A stretch of 64,000 nt of DNA from Bacilli bacterium (GCA_045628045.1 JAZQOV010000001.1:1-64000); one strand, 5' to 3'; counted from the first letter of the stretch, positions 51,986 to 60,835 are shown. The notes: generated by a model not told the origin, from the sequence alone. Program-made: numbers and translations.

Positions 51986-52379
51986 TGGTGGAGTCGGCGA
52001 GAATTGCACTCGTGTCCAGAGAAGGCCCCACAGCAACGTCTACAGCTTAGACGATATTTTAAGATTTAACGAAGCATCACATATCGTAGCTATCTTCGCG
52101 AGACTCATTGGATTTCGGTGAACTTTAGCGAGTCAACTGTGTCTTCCTATCCTTTTGGTATGACACCTTTACTAGACGTGAAAGGAATAAAACTCTAGGA
52201 GGTGTGCTGTCCGGCCTCTAAGGTCGGTCCCTATGTCGGGTAGCTTAAGCTAAACAGCAAGCTTGAGCTCTAGGAGCTCTCATATAACTGTTGTCAGTTA
52301 TTTTGTTTTGGTATTTATGGTTACCAGCCAGCTGCAGTCACTGCCAGGCGATCAACCCTGTCGAAACTAAGTCGACCCC
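51986..52379 (-). ncRNA. ssrA: tmRNA; tag (A)DNSYMRAPRAQACCLA*
   Basis: 5' GGGGTCGACTTAGTTTCGACAGGG and 3' GACACGAGTGCAATTCTCGCCGACTCCACCA; acceptor stem GGGGTCG/CGACTCC with the G3-U alanine determinant; resume codon after AAAATAACT at 52295, stop at 52245-52247. Confidence 0.95.
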
Positions 52380-52480
52380 TTTTGCAAGGAAGATTATACT
52401 AAAAGTATATTTGCAAAGTAAAGAATAATTTTACTAAATAGTTTTATTTAAGTAAAAACTTTGATAACATTATTACGCTT

Positions 52481-53446
52481 ATGAAAAACTTTAAATTAAT
52501 TCTCAAATCACTCGTCAATAATGACGCCGCAATCGATGGCGCGCGCAAAAAACCTTGGTATTTTGCAATTATTATCTTTTTTATTTCTATTTTAGTTTCC
52601 CTTGTTCCGACTGGAGTTACTTCATTAAAACTTCATCTCGATAAGAATTTTGACAATACAACTTATTGTACACAAGAAGCTGTTACTGCTTTCAGTGAAT
52701 ATTTAAACACAAATGAAATCAAGATGCGTGTTGTTCACGATAAGAAAGCAAAAAATGATTATCTTCTTTGTGATCCAGAACTTAATTATAGATATGAAGC
52801 TGAAATTGGAGATAAAAAGATTACACAATTCGTTTTCACATATAGCGAAAACGAAAGTGTTAATGACAAAAAATTATTAATTGAAGAAACATATAATTGT
52901 TCTTATTTTATTTTCACTTCAAATCAAATTCACATTAGAATTGTTGACCAAAACACAATAGCTCAACCATCGGGTGCTAAAGCAACTGTTGTATTTGAAA
53001 CATTATGCACAAACGCATACAAGAAAATTAGCGAAAATCAAATCAAAGAAGCTTATTCATTTGTTGAAGGTAATTACACTAAAACATTAGAAAATACATG
53101 GAAAAACTGGAAGAAATTGCTTAGAGATTTCTATAGAGAAAAGAGATTAACAGACGCTGGCATTGATGTTGGCGTAATCGCAATTGTTGATTTGTCAATC
53201 CTCTTAATTATGGGATTTATGGTATGGATTCTCTGTAGAGGAAAGAACAATCCATACAGATTATTTACTGTTTGGGATTGCTTCAAAATTTCATTCTGGG
53301 CAGGTTTATCGCCAGCACTTCTTACTTGTGGTTTAGGATTCTTGTTTGGAGCAAAGATTTTATTCCCATTACTTCTTGGCGTAAGAGTTATGTGGCTCAC
53401 TATGAAGTCACTTAGACCTGACGGATCAGGATACGCTGCAAATTAA
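52481..53446 (+). CDS. hypothetical membrane protein (1 TM, large external loop, 3 TM)
   Basis: Hydropathy pattern only. Confidence 0.7.
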   Translation: MKNFKLILKSLVNNDAAIDGARKKPWYFAIIIFFISILVSLVPTGVTSLKLHLDKNFDNTTYCTQEAVTAFSEYLNTNEIKMRVVHDKKAKNDYLLCDPELNYRYEAEIGDKKITQFVFTYSENESVNDKKLLIEETYNCSYFIFTSNQIHIRIVDQNTIAQPSGAKATVVFETLCTNAYKKISENQIKEAYSFVEGNYTKTLENTWKNWKKLLRDFYREKRLTDAGIDVGVIAIVDLSILLIMGFMVWILCRGKNNPYRLFTVWDCFKISFWAGLSPALLTCGLGFLFGAKILFPLLLGVRVMWLTMKSLRPDGSGYAAN

Positions 53447-53453
53447 TTAAAAG

Positions 53454-53481
53454 AAAAGAACACCGCACAGTGTTCTTTTTT
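53454..53481. terminator. bidirectional intrinsic terminator
   Basis: AAAAGAACAC-CGCACA-GTGTTCTTTTT between convergent genes. Confidence 0.8.
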
Positions 53482-53812
53482 AATCCCCGTAATCGCTCCC
53501 GCGCGATTTATCTTCGTAAAATATTTTACACGCGTCTGTAATATCAACAAATTCTCTAAGTATTGCATCACCATAATCAAGAAATGGATTTTCGAAATCA
53601 TAAACGAATGCAATTGCTTTATTTTCTTTTACTAATTTATCTATTTGGGCCAGGAATTTGACTCGATTTTCCGGATATCTTTCGAATAGACCCATCATTT
53701 GAGTGTAGAAAGCAGGTTCAATAAAAAAGATATGATTTTCATTTGAAGCAAACTTTTTAATAAATTTGTTATCAGTTATTTCTTTATAATTACTAAATTC
53801 TTCGTAATTCAT
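53480..53812 (-). CDS. hypothetical protein
   Basis: Start MNYEEF with a GGAGG SD; ATGA overlap with the upstream gene; ends EDKSRGSDYGD. Confidence 0.7.
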   Translation of the reverse strand: MNYEEFSNYKEITDNKFIKKFASNENHIFFIEPAFYTQMMGLFERYPENRVKFLAQIDKLVKENKAIAFVYDFENPFLDYGDAILREFVDITDACKIFYEDKSRGSDYGD

Positions 53813-54555
53813 TTTGAACCTCCTTCCACTGAATGATGCTGATGAGCGCAAACTACATCAATATCCTTAAGACTTATTTTAGCATCTTTAAAAACCTTTT
53901 TATATGTTTCAAGTGCAAGACAAGGATCATTAGCTTCTTCTGATAAGTGCGCCAAGATAATTTGTTTAGTTTTTGGGCCAATGCATTTACACATGTATGT
54001 AGCAGATTGAACGTTTGATAAATGTCCTTTATTTGAAATTATTCTTTTCTTTAAATATGGCGGTCTATTTGTGGCCATAAGCATCTCGACATCATGGTTT
54101 GATTCAATAATGTAATAATCTGCATTTTTCATTTTTACTAGGGATTTTGAGGGGATTTTTCCAGTATCTGTCATATAAACTAATTTTTCTTTATCTACTT
54201 TTATCACAAAACCAACAGGATTTTCTACGTCATGACTTGTGGACAACGGAAGTATTTCGAAATGATCAATTTTAAATTTTTCGTATGGAATTATTTCGTT
54301 CACATTTTCTGCTTCATAAGTTTCTTTTGTGGTGTAAATTGGAAGAGGTGGTAAGTACTTAATTCCTGCTGTATGATCAGAATGTTCATGCGTCAAAAGA
54401 AGAGCACTAATGTCATAAAGATTTTTATTTTCTTTATTTAACGCATCCTTTAATGCACAAAGGGTTACTCCCATATCAATTAAAAGAACACGACCCTTAT
54501 CTATGATGAGAGTCGCGTTTCCTTTTGATCCTGATTCAATAACAAGGATTTTCAT
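53809..54555 (-). CDS. walJ: MBL-fold metallohydrolase, WalJ/YycJ type
   Basis: SGSKGN, THEHSDH, TDTG, ESNHD, GHLSN and LAHLSEE motifs. Confidence 0.88.
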   Translation of the reverse strand: MKILVIESGSKGNATLIIDKGRVLLIDMGVTLCALKDALNKENKNLYDISALLLTHEHSDHTAGIKYLPPLPIYTTKETYEAENVNEIIPYEKFKIDHFEILPLSTSHDVENPVGFVIKVDKEKLVYMTDTGKIPSKSLVKMKNADYYIIESNHDVEMLMATNRPPYLKKRIISNKGHLSNVQSATYMCKCIGPKTKQIILAHLSEEANDPCLALETYKKVFKDAKISLKDIDVVCAHQHHSVEGGSK

Positions 54556-56027
54556 TAATCTTGGTTTGGAAGATAATTCACTGATTCATCTTCAAGTTGT
54601 TGATATTTCTTTTCAGCTTCTAATGAAAGGGTGTCAAATCTACAATAATTTTTCTTAAATAATAGTGGGACTGTGCCCATTCTTCCTGAACGGTTTTTAC
54701 GAACAAAAAGATTAACAAGTTTAATATTTTCATCGGAGCCAACTGCTTCTTTCGCGGCTTCCTCAACTCGTTGATTGTGTTGTTCTAATTTATTTTTTGT
54801 ATTAGATGGTTCAAGGAATTTCTTTTCTTGAAGCATTAAAACAATATCAGCATCTTGTTCGATAGAACCAGATTCACGAAGGTCACTTAATTGAGGTTCT
54901 CCGCCTCTTTCTTCAACATTACGGTTTAATTGAGCAACACCAATGATTGGAACATTTAAATCAAGGGCGAGTTTTTTAAGAGTTTGAGAAATCATTTGGA
55001 CTTCTAATTGTCTTGATTCTGATTTAGTTTTTGATGTTGTAGTAACAAGACCAATATAGTCGACAACAATTAAACTAAGATTTGGTTCTTGTGATTTAAG
55101 TTTTCTACATTTTGCAACTAAGTCTAATAACTTAATGCCTGCTGTATCATCAACATAAAACTTCTTTTGTGCCATTCTCTCACAAGATTGTTGTAGTTTT
55201 AATCTCTTATTTGGATTTAGTCCAAAACCAGTAATAAGATTATCGAATTCAACATCCGCGTCAGCACTGACTAAACGTTTAAATAACATTTTTGCAGGCA
55301 TTTCGAGTGAGAAGTATGCGACTGGGTAATTTGATTTAGTTGTAGCATTATATGCTAAATTGAGAGCAAGAGCAGTTTTACCAACGCCTGGTCTAGCAGC
55401 CAAAATAATTAATTCACCTGGTTGAAAGCCGTGTGTTAAGGTGTTTAATCTTGGGAAACCGGTTGGTGTTCCTGTAACTTCGCTATCACTTGTTGTGCTC
55501 TTTAAGTTTGCGAGTTCTTCAGAAAGAACTTTTGCGACTTGATCAGCTCTTTGGAAGTCGCCAATTCTACGTTTCTCAGTTACGTCGGTAATTTTCTTCT
55601 CGCAAGCAGCAATAAAATCAGATATTTCGCTAATATCTTTTGTATAATATGTATTTTCAATATCACCAAGTGTTTTTAAGAAACTTCTTAAAACTGAGTG
55701 ATCTTGAACAATACGAACATAGTTTGAGAAGTTTTCGAATGTGACAATAGAATCTGCGAGTTCCATTAAATATTCAGGTCCACCTGAGACTTCTAATTCT
55801 TTAGAATTAATTAACTCGTTCGTGATTGTTTGAACATCAACAGCATCTCCGCGTGTGTATAAGCGATACATTGCGCCAAAAATAGCACGATGTTTTTCGT
55901 TTTCTTCAAAGAAATCTTCAACTTCAAGTTTTGCAACTGCTTCTGGAACAAGTTTCGAAGAACGAATCATCGAACCTAAAACCGCTTTTTCAGCTTCGGT
56001 ATTATGTGGTAATTTTTTATCTGCCAT
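54555..56027 (-). CDS. dnaB: replicative DNA helicase
   Basis: PHNTEAEKAVLG, ARPGVGKT, FSLEM, QLNR, SDLRESGSIEQDAD and KNRSG motifs. Confidence 0.97.
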   Translation of the reverse strand: MADKKLPHNTEAEKAVLGSMIRSSKLVPEAVAKLEVEDFFEENEKHRAIFGAMYRLYTRGDAVDVQTITNELINSKELEVSGGPEYLMELADSIVTFENFSNYVRIVQDHSVLRSFLKTLGDIENTYYTKDISEISDFIAACEKKITDVTEKRRIGDFQRADQVAKVLSEELANLKSTTSDSEVTGTPTGFPRLNTLTHGFQPGELIILAARPGVGKTALALNLAYNATTKSNYPVAYFSLEMPAKMLFKRLVSADADVEFDNLITGFGLNPNKRLKLQQSCERMAQKKFYVDDTAGIKLLDLVAKCRKLKSQEPNLSLIVVDYIGLVTTTSKTKSESRQLEVQMISQTLKKLALDLNVPIIGVAQLNRNVEERGGEPQLSDLRESGSIEQDADIVLMLQEKKFLEPSNTKNKLEQHNQRVEEAAKEAVGSDENIKLVNLFVRKNRSGRMGTVPLLFKKNYCRFDTLSLEAEKKYQQLEDESVNYLPNQD

Positions 56028-56039
56028 AATTCGCTCTCC

Positions 56040-56486
56040 TTATTTTTCACTAACGTGAACTGTAACAGTTCCATAAACTTCTTTAAACAATTCGATTTTT
56101 AACTTTGTATAACCGAAATGATCAACTGCTTGCTTATCAACAAATTTTCTTTTATCGATTTCAATATTAAATTTTGCTTTTAAATCTTGTTCGATTTGCT
56201 TTGTAGAAATAGTTCCAAACATTCTTCCATCTCCGCTTCCGTTTGCGGTAAATTCGAGAACAATTGATTCTAATTTCTTAGCTGAGGCTAAAGCCTCTTG
56301 TCTCATCTTCTCTATATTTGCAGCTTCTTCAGCTTTTTGTTCATTAAGAATTTCATGTGATTTCTCGCTATATAAAACTGCGAGTTTATGAGGGACGAGA
56401 TAGTTTAAAGCATAACCATCTTTAACATTAACGATTTCTGATTTTTTGCCAATTCCTTTGACATCACTCAAAAGTATAACTTTCAT
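56040..56486 (-). CDS. rplI: 50S ribosomal protein L9
   Basis: [27 protein letters not shown] and GRMFG motifs. Confidence 0.97.
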   Translation of the reverse strand: MKVILLSDVKGIGKKSEIVNVKDGYALNYLVPHKLAVLYSEKSHEILNEQKAEEAANIEKMRQEALASAKKLESIVLEFTANGSGDGRMFGTISTKQIEQDLKAKFNIEIDKRKFVDKQAVDHFGYTKLKIELFKEVYGTVTVHVSEK

Positions 56487-56495
56487 AATCCCTCC

Positions 56496-58502
56496 TTATT
56501 TCACAACTCTTGCATCGTTTAAGTAGTCACTTAAAACATTGAGAAGTTTTGTTTCAACTTCCTCAAGAGTTTCATTTTTAAATGCAGCAGCACTTTGCGT
56601 AAAATGGCCTCCGCCGCCAAGTTTTTCAGCTAAAAGCTGAACATTGACTGTGCCATCACTACGACAGGAAATTCTAATTTCATTAGATTGAGTTTTACCA
56701 ATGATAAATGAAGCGTTTATGCCTTTCATTGTCATACATTGATTGCCAACTTTAGCAAGTGTTGCAGCTTCGATAATATCTTCTTCGTCTGCTAAGCAAT
56801 AAACAATTCCATAATATGGAGTTTTTGTATTAGCCAAAATTTTATTAATTAATGAATGTTCTTCAAATTCATCTTTTAAAAAATCGTCAGCTTTTGTATT
56901 ATCTGCGCCACATTCCTTTAGGAACATTGCTGCCTCAAATGTTCTTGCACCACAGGTGGTGGATTTGAAGAAGTTAGAGTCCATAAAGATACCAGCAAGC
57001 ATAATTGTTGCTAATGGTGCAGGAACAATAACTCTTGGGTTTTCAGAGGAATATTTGATAAGTTCAGCAACCATTTCTGATGTAGAAGAAGCTGAAGAAT
57101 CAATATCACAGAAAATAGGAGATTCAATAAAGTCTTCCCCACGTCTATGGTGATCAATAACCATGATTTTGTTAGCCTTATCAATAATTTTTGGGGCAGA
57201 AGTCATAGATGCTTTGTGAACATCACATACCACGACAAGTGAATTGCCTTTTAACATATCAAGACCTTGAGTTTCTGTGATAAATACATCACCCATTTCT
57301 TCTTTTGCGAATGTTGAAAGTAAGGCACCTTTAGTCTTTCTTTCAATACTCTTTGGGTTATAAACAATTCGGCATTCTGTACCAACAGCATCACAAATAG
57401 ATTTAATACCAACGCATGCGCCAAGTGAGTCCATGTCACTCATTTCATGGCCCATTACAATGACGTTTGCAGAATTCTTAATAAGAGAAATAACAGCATC
57501 GCCCATAACACGAACTTTAACTTTGTTGTGTTTTTCTTGAGCTTCGCTCTTGCCACCAAAGAATGTTAAATCTTGACCATATTGTGAAACAACAACTTGG
57601 TCACCACCTCTTGAAATAGCAATTTCAACACCTGAAACAGCCATTTCATTTAACTTAAGAACATCAGGATAATCGTAAGCAATTCCTATGGAAAGTGTTG
57701 GTGGAGTTGATTCTTTTTCACCAATCTGGTGGATTTTGTCTAAAAGTGAAAATTTATCTGCAATCATTTTTTCTAATGACTCATAGTTACAAACAATAAA
57801 ATATGCGTCATTGTTAACTTTTCTTAAAAGAGCCGAGAAATCACGGCAATAATCGTAAATTGCGTTTCTAACTTTGGAAAGCGTATCGTTTGATTCTTCT
57901 TTTCCAGATACATCGGAGAAGTTATCAATAATAATTTGACCAATAACAGTGCTTTGTCTTTTTGAGTAGGCACTAATAGTTTCAAAATCAGTTGTATCTT
58001 TAAAGATATATAGACCAGCTTCTTTTAGTAATTTAACTTCATAGTTTCTTGAGTTTAGAGAAATTTTTGCAATTGCGCCTTGTGATTCTTCACTTAAATT
58101 TGCTAAGGTTGGTTGCCAATCCAAAATATTTTCATCAAGGATTTCAATTCCTCTTTCTTTAAATAAAGTATTTGTCCACAAAACAACATTGTTTTCGTCA
58201 ACAACTGCTAAACCTAGCATACCAAAGTTGTAAGCTTCTTGAATGTCTGAACCAATAAGATCGGCGGCCTTTAAGTCTGTCTTTTGTCTGATCTTTGTGA
58301 AATACATAAGAACAATCCATGCATAAAAAATATTTATAGCAGCGATTGCTCCGAGTGTTGGGTAAACAACAATGTCTCCGCCAAGATCTTGAATACTAAT
58401 AAAATCAAAATACACAGCAAGACATACCAAAATAATGCCAATAAGTTCTATAAGGCCAAAAACAAAGCCAACTAATTTAAGTCTAAATAATTTCTTTTTC
58501 AT
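56496..58502 (-). CDS. gdpP: cyclic-di-AMP phosphodiesterase (TM-PAS-degenerate GGDEF-DHH/DHHA1)
   Basis: RGGDQV, GH..SDMDSLG, IDHHRR and GGGGH motifs; upstream of rplI. Confidence 0.93.
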   Translation of the reverse strand: MKKKLFRLKLVGFVFGLIELIGIILVCLAVYFDFISIQDLGGDIVVYPTLGAIAAINIFYAWIVLMYFTKIRQKTDLKAADLIGSDIQEAYNFGMLGLAVVDENNVVLWTNTLFKERGIEILDENILDWQPTLANLSEESQGAIAKISLNSRNYEVKLLKEAGLYIFKDTTDFETISAYSKRQSTVIGQIIIDNFSDVSGKEESNDTLSKVRNAIYDYCRDFSALLRKVNNDAYFIVCNYESLEKMIADKFSLLDKIHQIGEKESTPPTLSIGIAYDYPDVLKLNEMAVSGVEIAISRGGDQVVVSQYGQDLTFFGGKSEAQEKHNKVKVRVMGDAVISLIKNSANVIVMGHEMSDMDSLGACVGIKSICDAVGTECRIVYNPKSIERKTKGALLSTFAKEEMGDVFITETQGLDMLKGNSLVVVCDVHKASMTSAPKIIDKANKIMVIDHHRRGEDFIESPIFCDIDSSASSTSEMVAELIKYSSENPRVIVPAPLATIMLAGIFMDSNFFKSTTCGARTFEAAMFLKECGADNTKADDFLKDEFEEHSLINKILANTKTPYYGIVYCLADEEDIIEAATLAKVGNQCMTMKGINASFIIGKTQSNEIRISCRSDGTVNVQLLAEKLGGGGHFTQSAAAFKNETLEEVETKLLNVLSDYLNDARVVK

Positions 58503-58615
58503 ACTAATAGATATTATAGCGCACTTACTTAATAAAAAGTATCTTTAGTTACTTTTTTCTTCGCAAGTATTAATTATATTAAAAATATGCGGGAAAAGCT
58601 GTGGTTTTAGATAAG

Positions 58616-58640
58616 AAAAAAGAGGCCGTCGCCTCTTTTT
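58616..58640 (-). terminator. intrinsic terminator of small-protein copy A
   Basis: AAAAAAGAGGC-CGTC-GCCTCTTTTT. Confidence 0.85.
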
Positions 58641-58659
58641 AAGTTGTTCTAATCTAGAT

Positions 58660-58884
58660 TTAGAACTTTCCGAAGATTATTCTGAGTAAAAACTCAACAA
58701 TTGCAATTGGAACTAAGAGAATGATTCCAATAAGTGAGCCAAGACAGTCAACAAGAACTTCTAATGCACCGGCAACAACGCCAATGAGGCATCCGAAGAT
58801 ACCATAACTAAAAAGTTGTGCGACTGAATGAAGATTACCCCAGATTAATTTAATCGAAGTTATACAGCTAGTTGCTATTCTCAT
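58660..58884 (-). CDS. 74-aa hydrophobic glycine-zipper protein, copy A
   Basis: AGGAG SD, own promoter and terminator; 53/74 residues identical to copy B. Confidence 0.85.
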   Translation of the reverse strand: MRIATSCITSIKLIWGNLHSVAQLFSYGIFGCLIGVVAGALEVLVDCLGSLIGIILLVPIAIVEFLLRIIFGKF

Positions 58885-58907
58885 ATGATTTTTCTCCTAC
58901 GATTGAA

Positions 58908-58936
58908 ATTATACATAATTTTCACTAATGTTTCAA
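58908..58936 (-). promoter_or_regulatory. sigmaA promoter of copy A
   Basis: TTGAAA-17 nt-TATAAT. Confidence 0.8.
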
Positions 58937-58964
58937 ATAATAATTTCTTTAGGAAAAGGGGAAG

Positions 58965-58988
58965 AAAAAAAGAGGCATAAGCCTCTTT
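58965..58988 (-). terminator. intrinsic terminator of small-protein copy B
   Basis: AAAGAGGC-TTAT-GCCTCTTTTTTT on the minus strand; same stem as the copy A terminator. Confidence 0.85.
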
Positions 58989-59004
58989 AAGTTCGATAAT
59001 TTAT

Positions 59005-59229
59005 TTAGAATTTACCAAATAATAATCTGAGGAGGAGTTCTACTAATCCAACTGGAAGAGCAAGAACGAAACCGATTACGGATCCGATGCAATCGACAAC
59101 AACCTCAAATGCACCGACAACAACACCGATAAGGCATCCAAAGAAGCCATATCCGAAGAGTTGACCGACTGCGTGGAGGTTACCCCAAATTAATTTAATC
59201 GAAGTTATACAGCTGTTAAAAATTCTCAT
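59005..59229 (-). CDS. 74-aa hydrophobic glycine-zipper protein, copy B
   Basis: AAAGGT SD, own promoter and terminator; paralog of 58660-58884. Confidence 0.85.
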   Translation of the reverse strand: MRIFNSCITSIKLIWGNLHAVGQLFGYGFFGCLIGVVVGAFEVVVDCIGSVIGFVLALPVGLVELLLRLLFGKF

Positions 59230-59252
59230 AAATTTACCTTTCTTTCATAATT

Positions 59253-59281
59253 ATTATATTAAAAACATAGCGTTTTTACAA
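59253..59281 (-). promoter_or_regulatory. sigmaA promoter of copy B
   Basis: TTGTAA-17 nt-TATAAT. Confidence 0.8.
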
Positions 59282-59290
59282 ATAGAAATT

Positions 59291-59587
59291 TTAATCTACT
59301 TCCACAACCTCGCTAAAACCAGTCATATCAAATATTTCTTTAATTAGCGAAGAAGTATTAATAATTGTAAGTTTTCCTTTACCATTTAATTCTTTTGAAA
59401 CGGCTAGAATTACTCTTAATCCTGCGGATGTAATGTATTCAACATTTTTGAAATCTAAACAAATATTGCTAATTTTTTTCATTACTTTGCGTATTTCTTT
59501 ATCAAAAGCGCCAGCTGTTTGAGTATCAATACGTCCCTCAATTAAGATTTTTGCGGAATTTTCTTCTTTAATAATCTCTATTTTCAT
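59291..59587 (-). CDS. STAS-domain anti-sigma factor antagonist-like protein
   Basis: EGRIDT..A, LDF..VEYITSAGLRV and EIFDMTGF motifs. Confidence 0.88.
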   Translation of the reverse strand: MKIEIIKEENSAKILIEGRIDTQTAGAFDKEIRKVMKKISNICLDFKNVEYITSAGLRVILAVSKELNGKGKLTIINTSSLIKEIFDMTGFSEVVEVD

Positions 59588-59635
59588 AAAATTTCCTCTG
59601 CTAGATATATTTTATACTTTCTTATTAGTTTTTAC

Positions 59636-59668
59636 AAAAAAAGTAGCCAAATGGCTACTTATTTTTTT
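59636..59668 (-). terminator. terminator of rpsF-ssb-rpsR
   Basis: AAGTAGCCA-TT-TGGCTACTT followed by a T-run. Confidence 0.85.
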
Positions 59669-59670
59669 AA

Positions 59671-59898
59671 TTAGTCTTGTACGAATGGTAATAGTGCCAT
59701 GTAACGTGCATTCTTAATTGCTTTAGCAACTTCTCTTTGATGTTTTGCACATGCACCTGTTGATTGACGTGAAGCAATTTTTCCGTTTGGAGTAATGTAT
59801 TTGCTTAATGTCTCAACATCTTTGTAATCAATGTATGCGACTTTATTTTTACAGAAGTTGCAGACCTTTTTGTGTGGTCTAACTTTTTTGAATCCCAT
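59671..59898 (-). CDS. rpsR: 30S ribosomal protein S18
   Basis: KVCNFC, IDYKD, GKI..R..TG.CAKHQR and AR.MALLP motifs. Confidence 0.97.
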   Translation of the reverse strand: MGFKKVRPHKKVCNFCKNKVAYIDYKDVETLSKYITPNGKIASRQSTGACAKHQREVAKAIKNARYMALLPFVQD

Positions 59899-59917
59899 GA
59901 TAATTTTCCTTTCTTAA

Positions 59918-60346
59918 TTAGAACGGAAGATCGTCATCAGTTACATCAATAGAATCTAAATTCTTAGATTCTTCGATTACTGGTTCGTCATCAAATACAA
60001 TCTCTTCGTTTGGAATTTCTCTTGTTCCTTTTGGTTCAAGGAATTCAACGTGATTTGCGATGACTTCAATAACTGAGGCTTTTGTTCCGTCTTTTCTCTC
60101 GAATGTGCGTTGACGAATTCTTCCATCAACACCAACGAGTGATCCTTTTCTTAAGAATTTTGCAACTGTATCAGCTTGTTTATCCCAAACTGTAACACCG
60201 ATAAAGGACGTTGTTTTTTCGCCATTTGGGCCTTTGACATTATCGTCAACTGCTAATGTGAATGAAGCAACTCCCATGTCGCTGGTTGTTCTTCTAAGTT
60301 CTGGATCTCTTGTTAATCTACCAGTTAAAACGATTCTGTTTAACAT
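59918..60346 (-). CDS. ssb: single-stranded DNA-binding protein
   Basis: LNRIVLTGRLTRDPELR and the C-terminal DDDLPF. Confidence 0.97.
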   Translation of the reverse strand: MLNRIVLTGRLTRDPELRRTTSDMGVASFTLAVDDNVKGPNGEKTTSFIGVTVWDKQADTVAKFLRKGSLVGVDGRIRQRTFERKDGTKASVIEVIANHVEFLEPKGTREIPNEEIVFDDEPVIEESKNLDSIDVTDDDLPF

Positions 60347-60365
60347 AAATGTTAATCCTCCTTAA

Positions 60366-60653
60366 TTAGTCTTGATCGACAGTAAATAAGTGACGTACAA
60401 CATTTTGATTGATTTTTGCTAAACGTGTGAATTCATTTAATGCAGCAGGTTCAGCTGTGAGCTTAACAATGACGTAGTAACCTTTAATTTGCTTATTGAT
60501 TGGATAAGCGAAGTTACGTAAGCCCCATTCTTTAACTTCGCCAAGTTTTGCACCGTTTGAAGTTAAAATTTTGTGAAGTTTTTCGATTTCTGCTTTGCGA
60601 GCTTCTTCATCGAGTCCGTCTTTCACAATGTACATGAGTTCGTACTTTTTCAT
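60366..60653 (-). CDS. rpsF: 30S ribosomal protein S6
   Basis: MKKYELMYIV and WGLRNFAYPI..GYY motifs. Start placed at 60653 after a GGAGG SD. Confidence 0.96.
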   Translation of the reverse strand: MKKYELMYIVKDGLDEEARKAEIEKLHKILTSNGAKLGEVKEWGLRNFAYPINKQIKGYYVIVKLTAEPAALNEFTRLAKINQNVVRHLFTVDQD

Positions 60654-60660
60654 TTTTCTA

Positions 60661-60703
60661 CCTCCCTTTGGTCTTCTGGCTAACATTTCCTGTTAGCAGA
60701 GAG
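60661..60703 (-). ncRNA. S6:S18 ribosomal protein autoregulatory leader
   Basis: CTCTCT-GCTAACA...TGTTAGC-CA..AGACC-AAAGGGAGG: an anti-SD arm pairs with the SD, with an inner hairpin and a CCR motif. Confidence 0.7.
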
Positions 60704-60788
60704 AAAACGCGATTTCGCGTGAAATTATTATACACGAATCGTTTCGTGCTTGCTACATGTATTTGCACGCGGCACATATAAATATAAT

Positions 60789-60814
60789 AAAAGGCAACGA
60801 TTTTATTCGTTGCC
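60789..60814 (-). terminator. terminator after lysS
   Basis: GGCAACGA-ATAAAA-TCGTTGCC-TTTT. Confidence 0.8.
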
Positions 60815-60835
60815 AGTTAAAAAATAAATAATTAA

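Noticed and set aside
50771-51986. Genomic island integrated at the tmRNA 3' end
   Set aside because: There is no integrase and no convincing duplicated tmRNA 3' end; the TGGTGGAG near 31987 is coding sequence of the FAD oxidoreductase.
58660-59229. ATP synthase c subunit or type I toxin-antitoxin reading of the 74-aa pair
   Set aside because: There is no GxGxGxG or RQP loop and no atp operon. The proteins are long for type I toxins, their leaders are short and unstructured, and I found no convincing antisense RNA unit.
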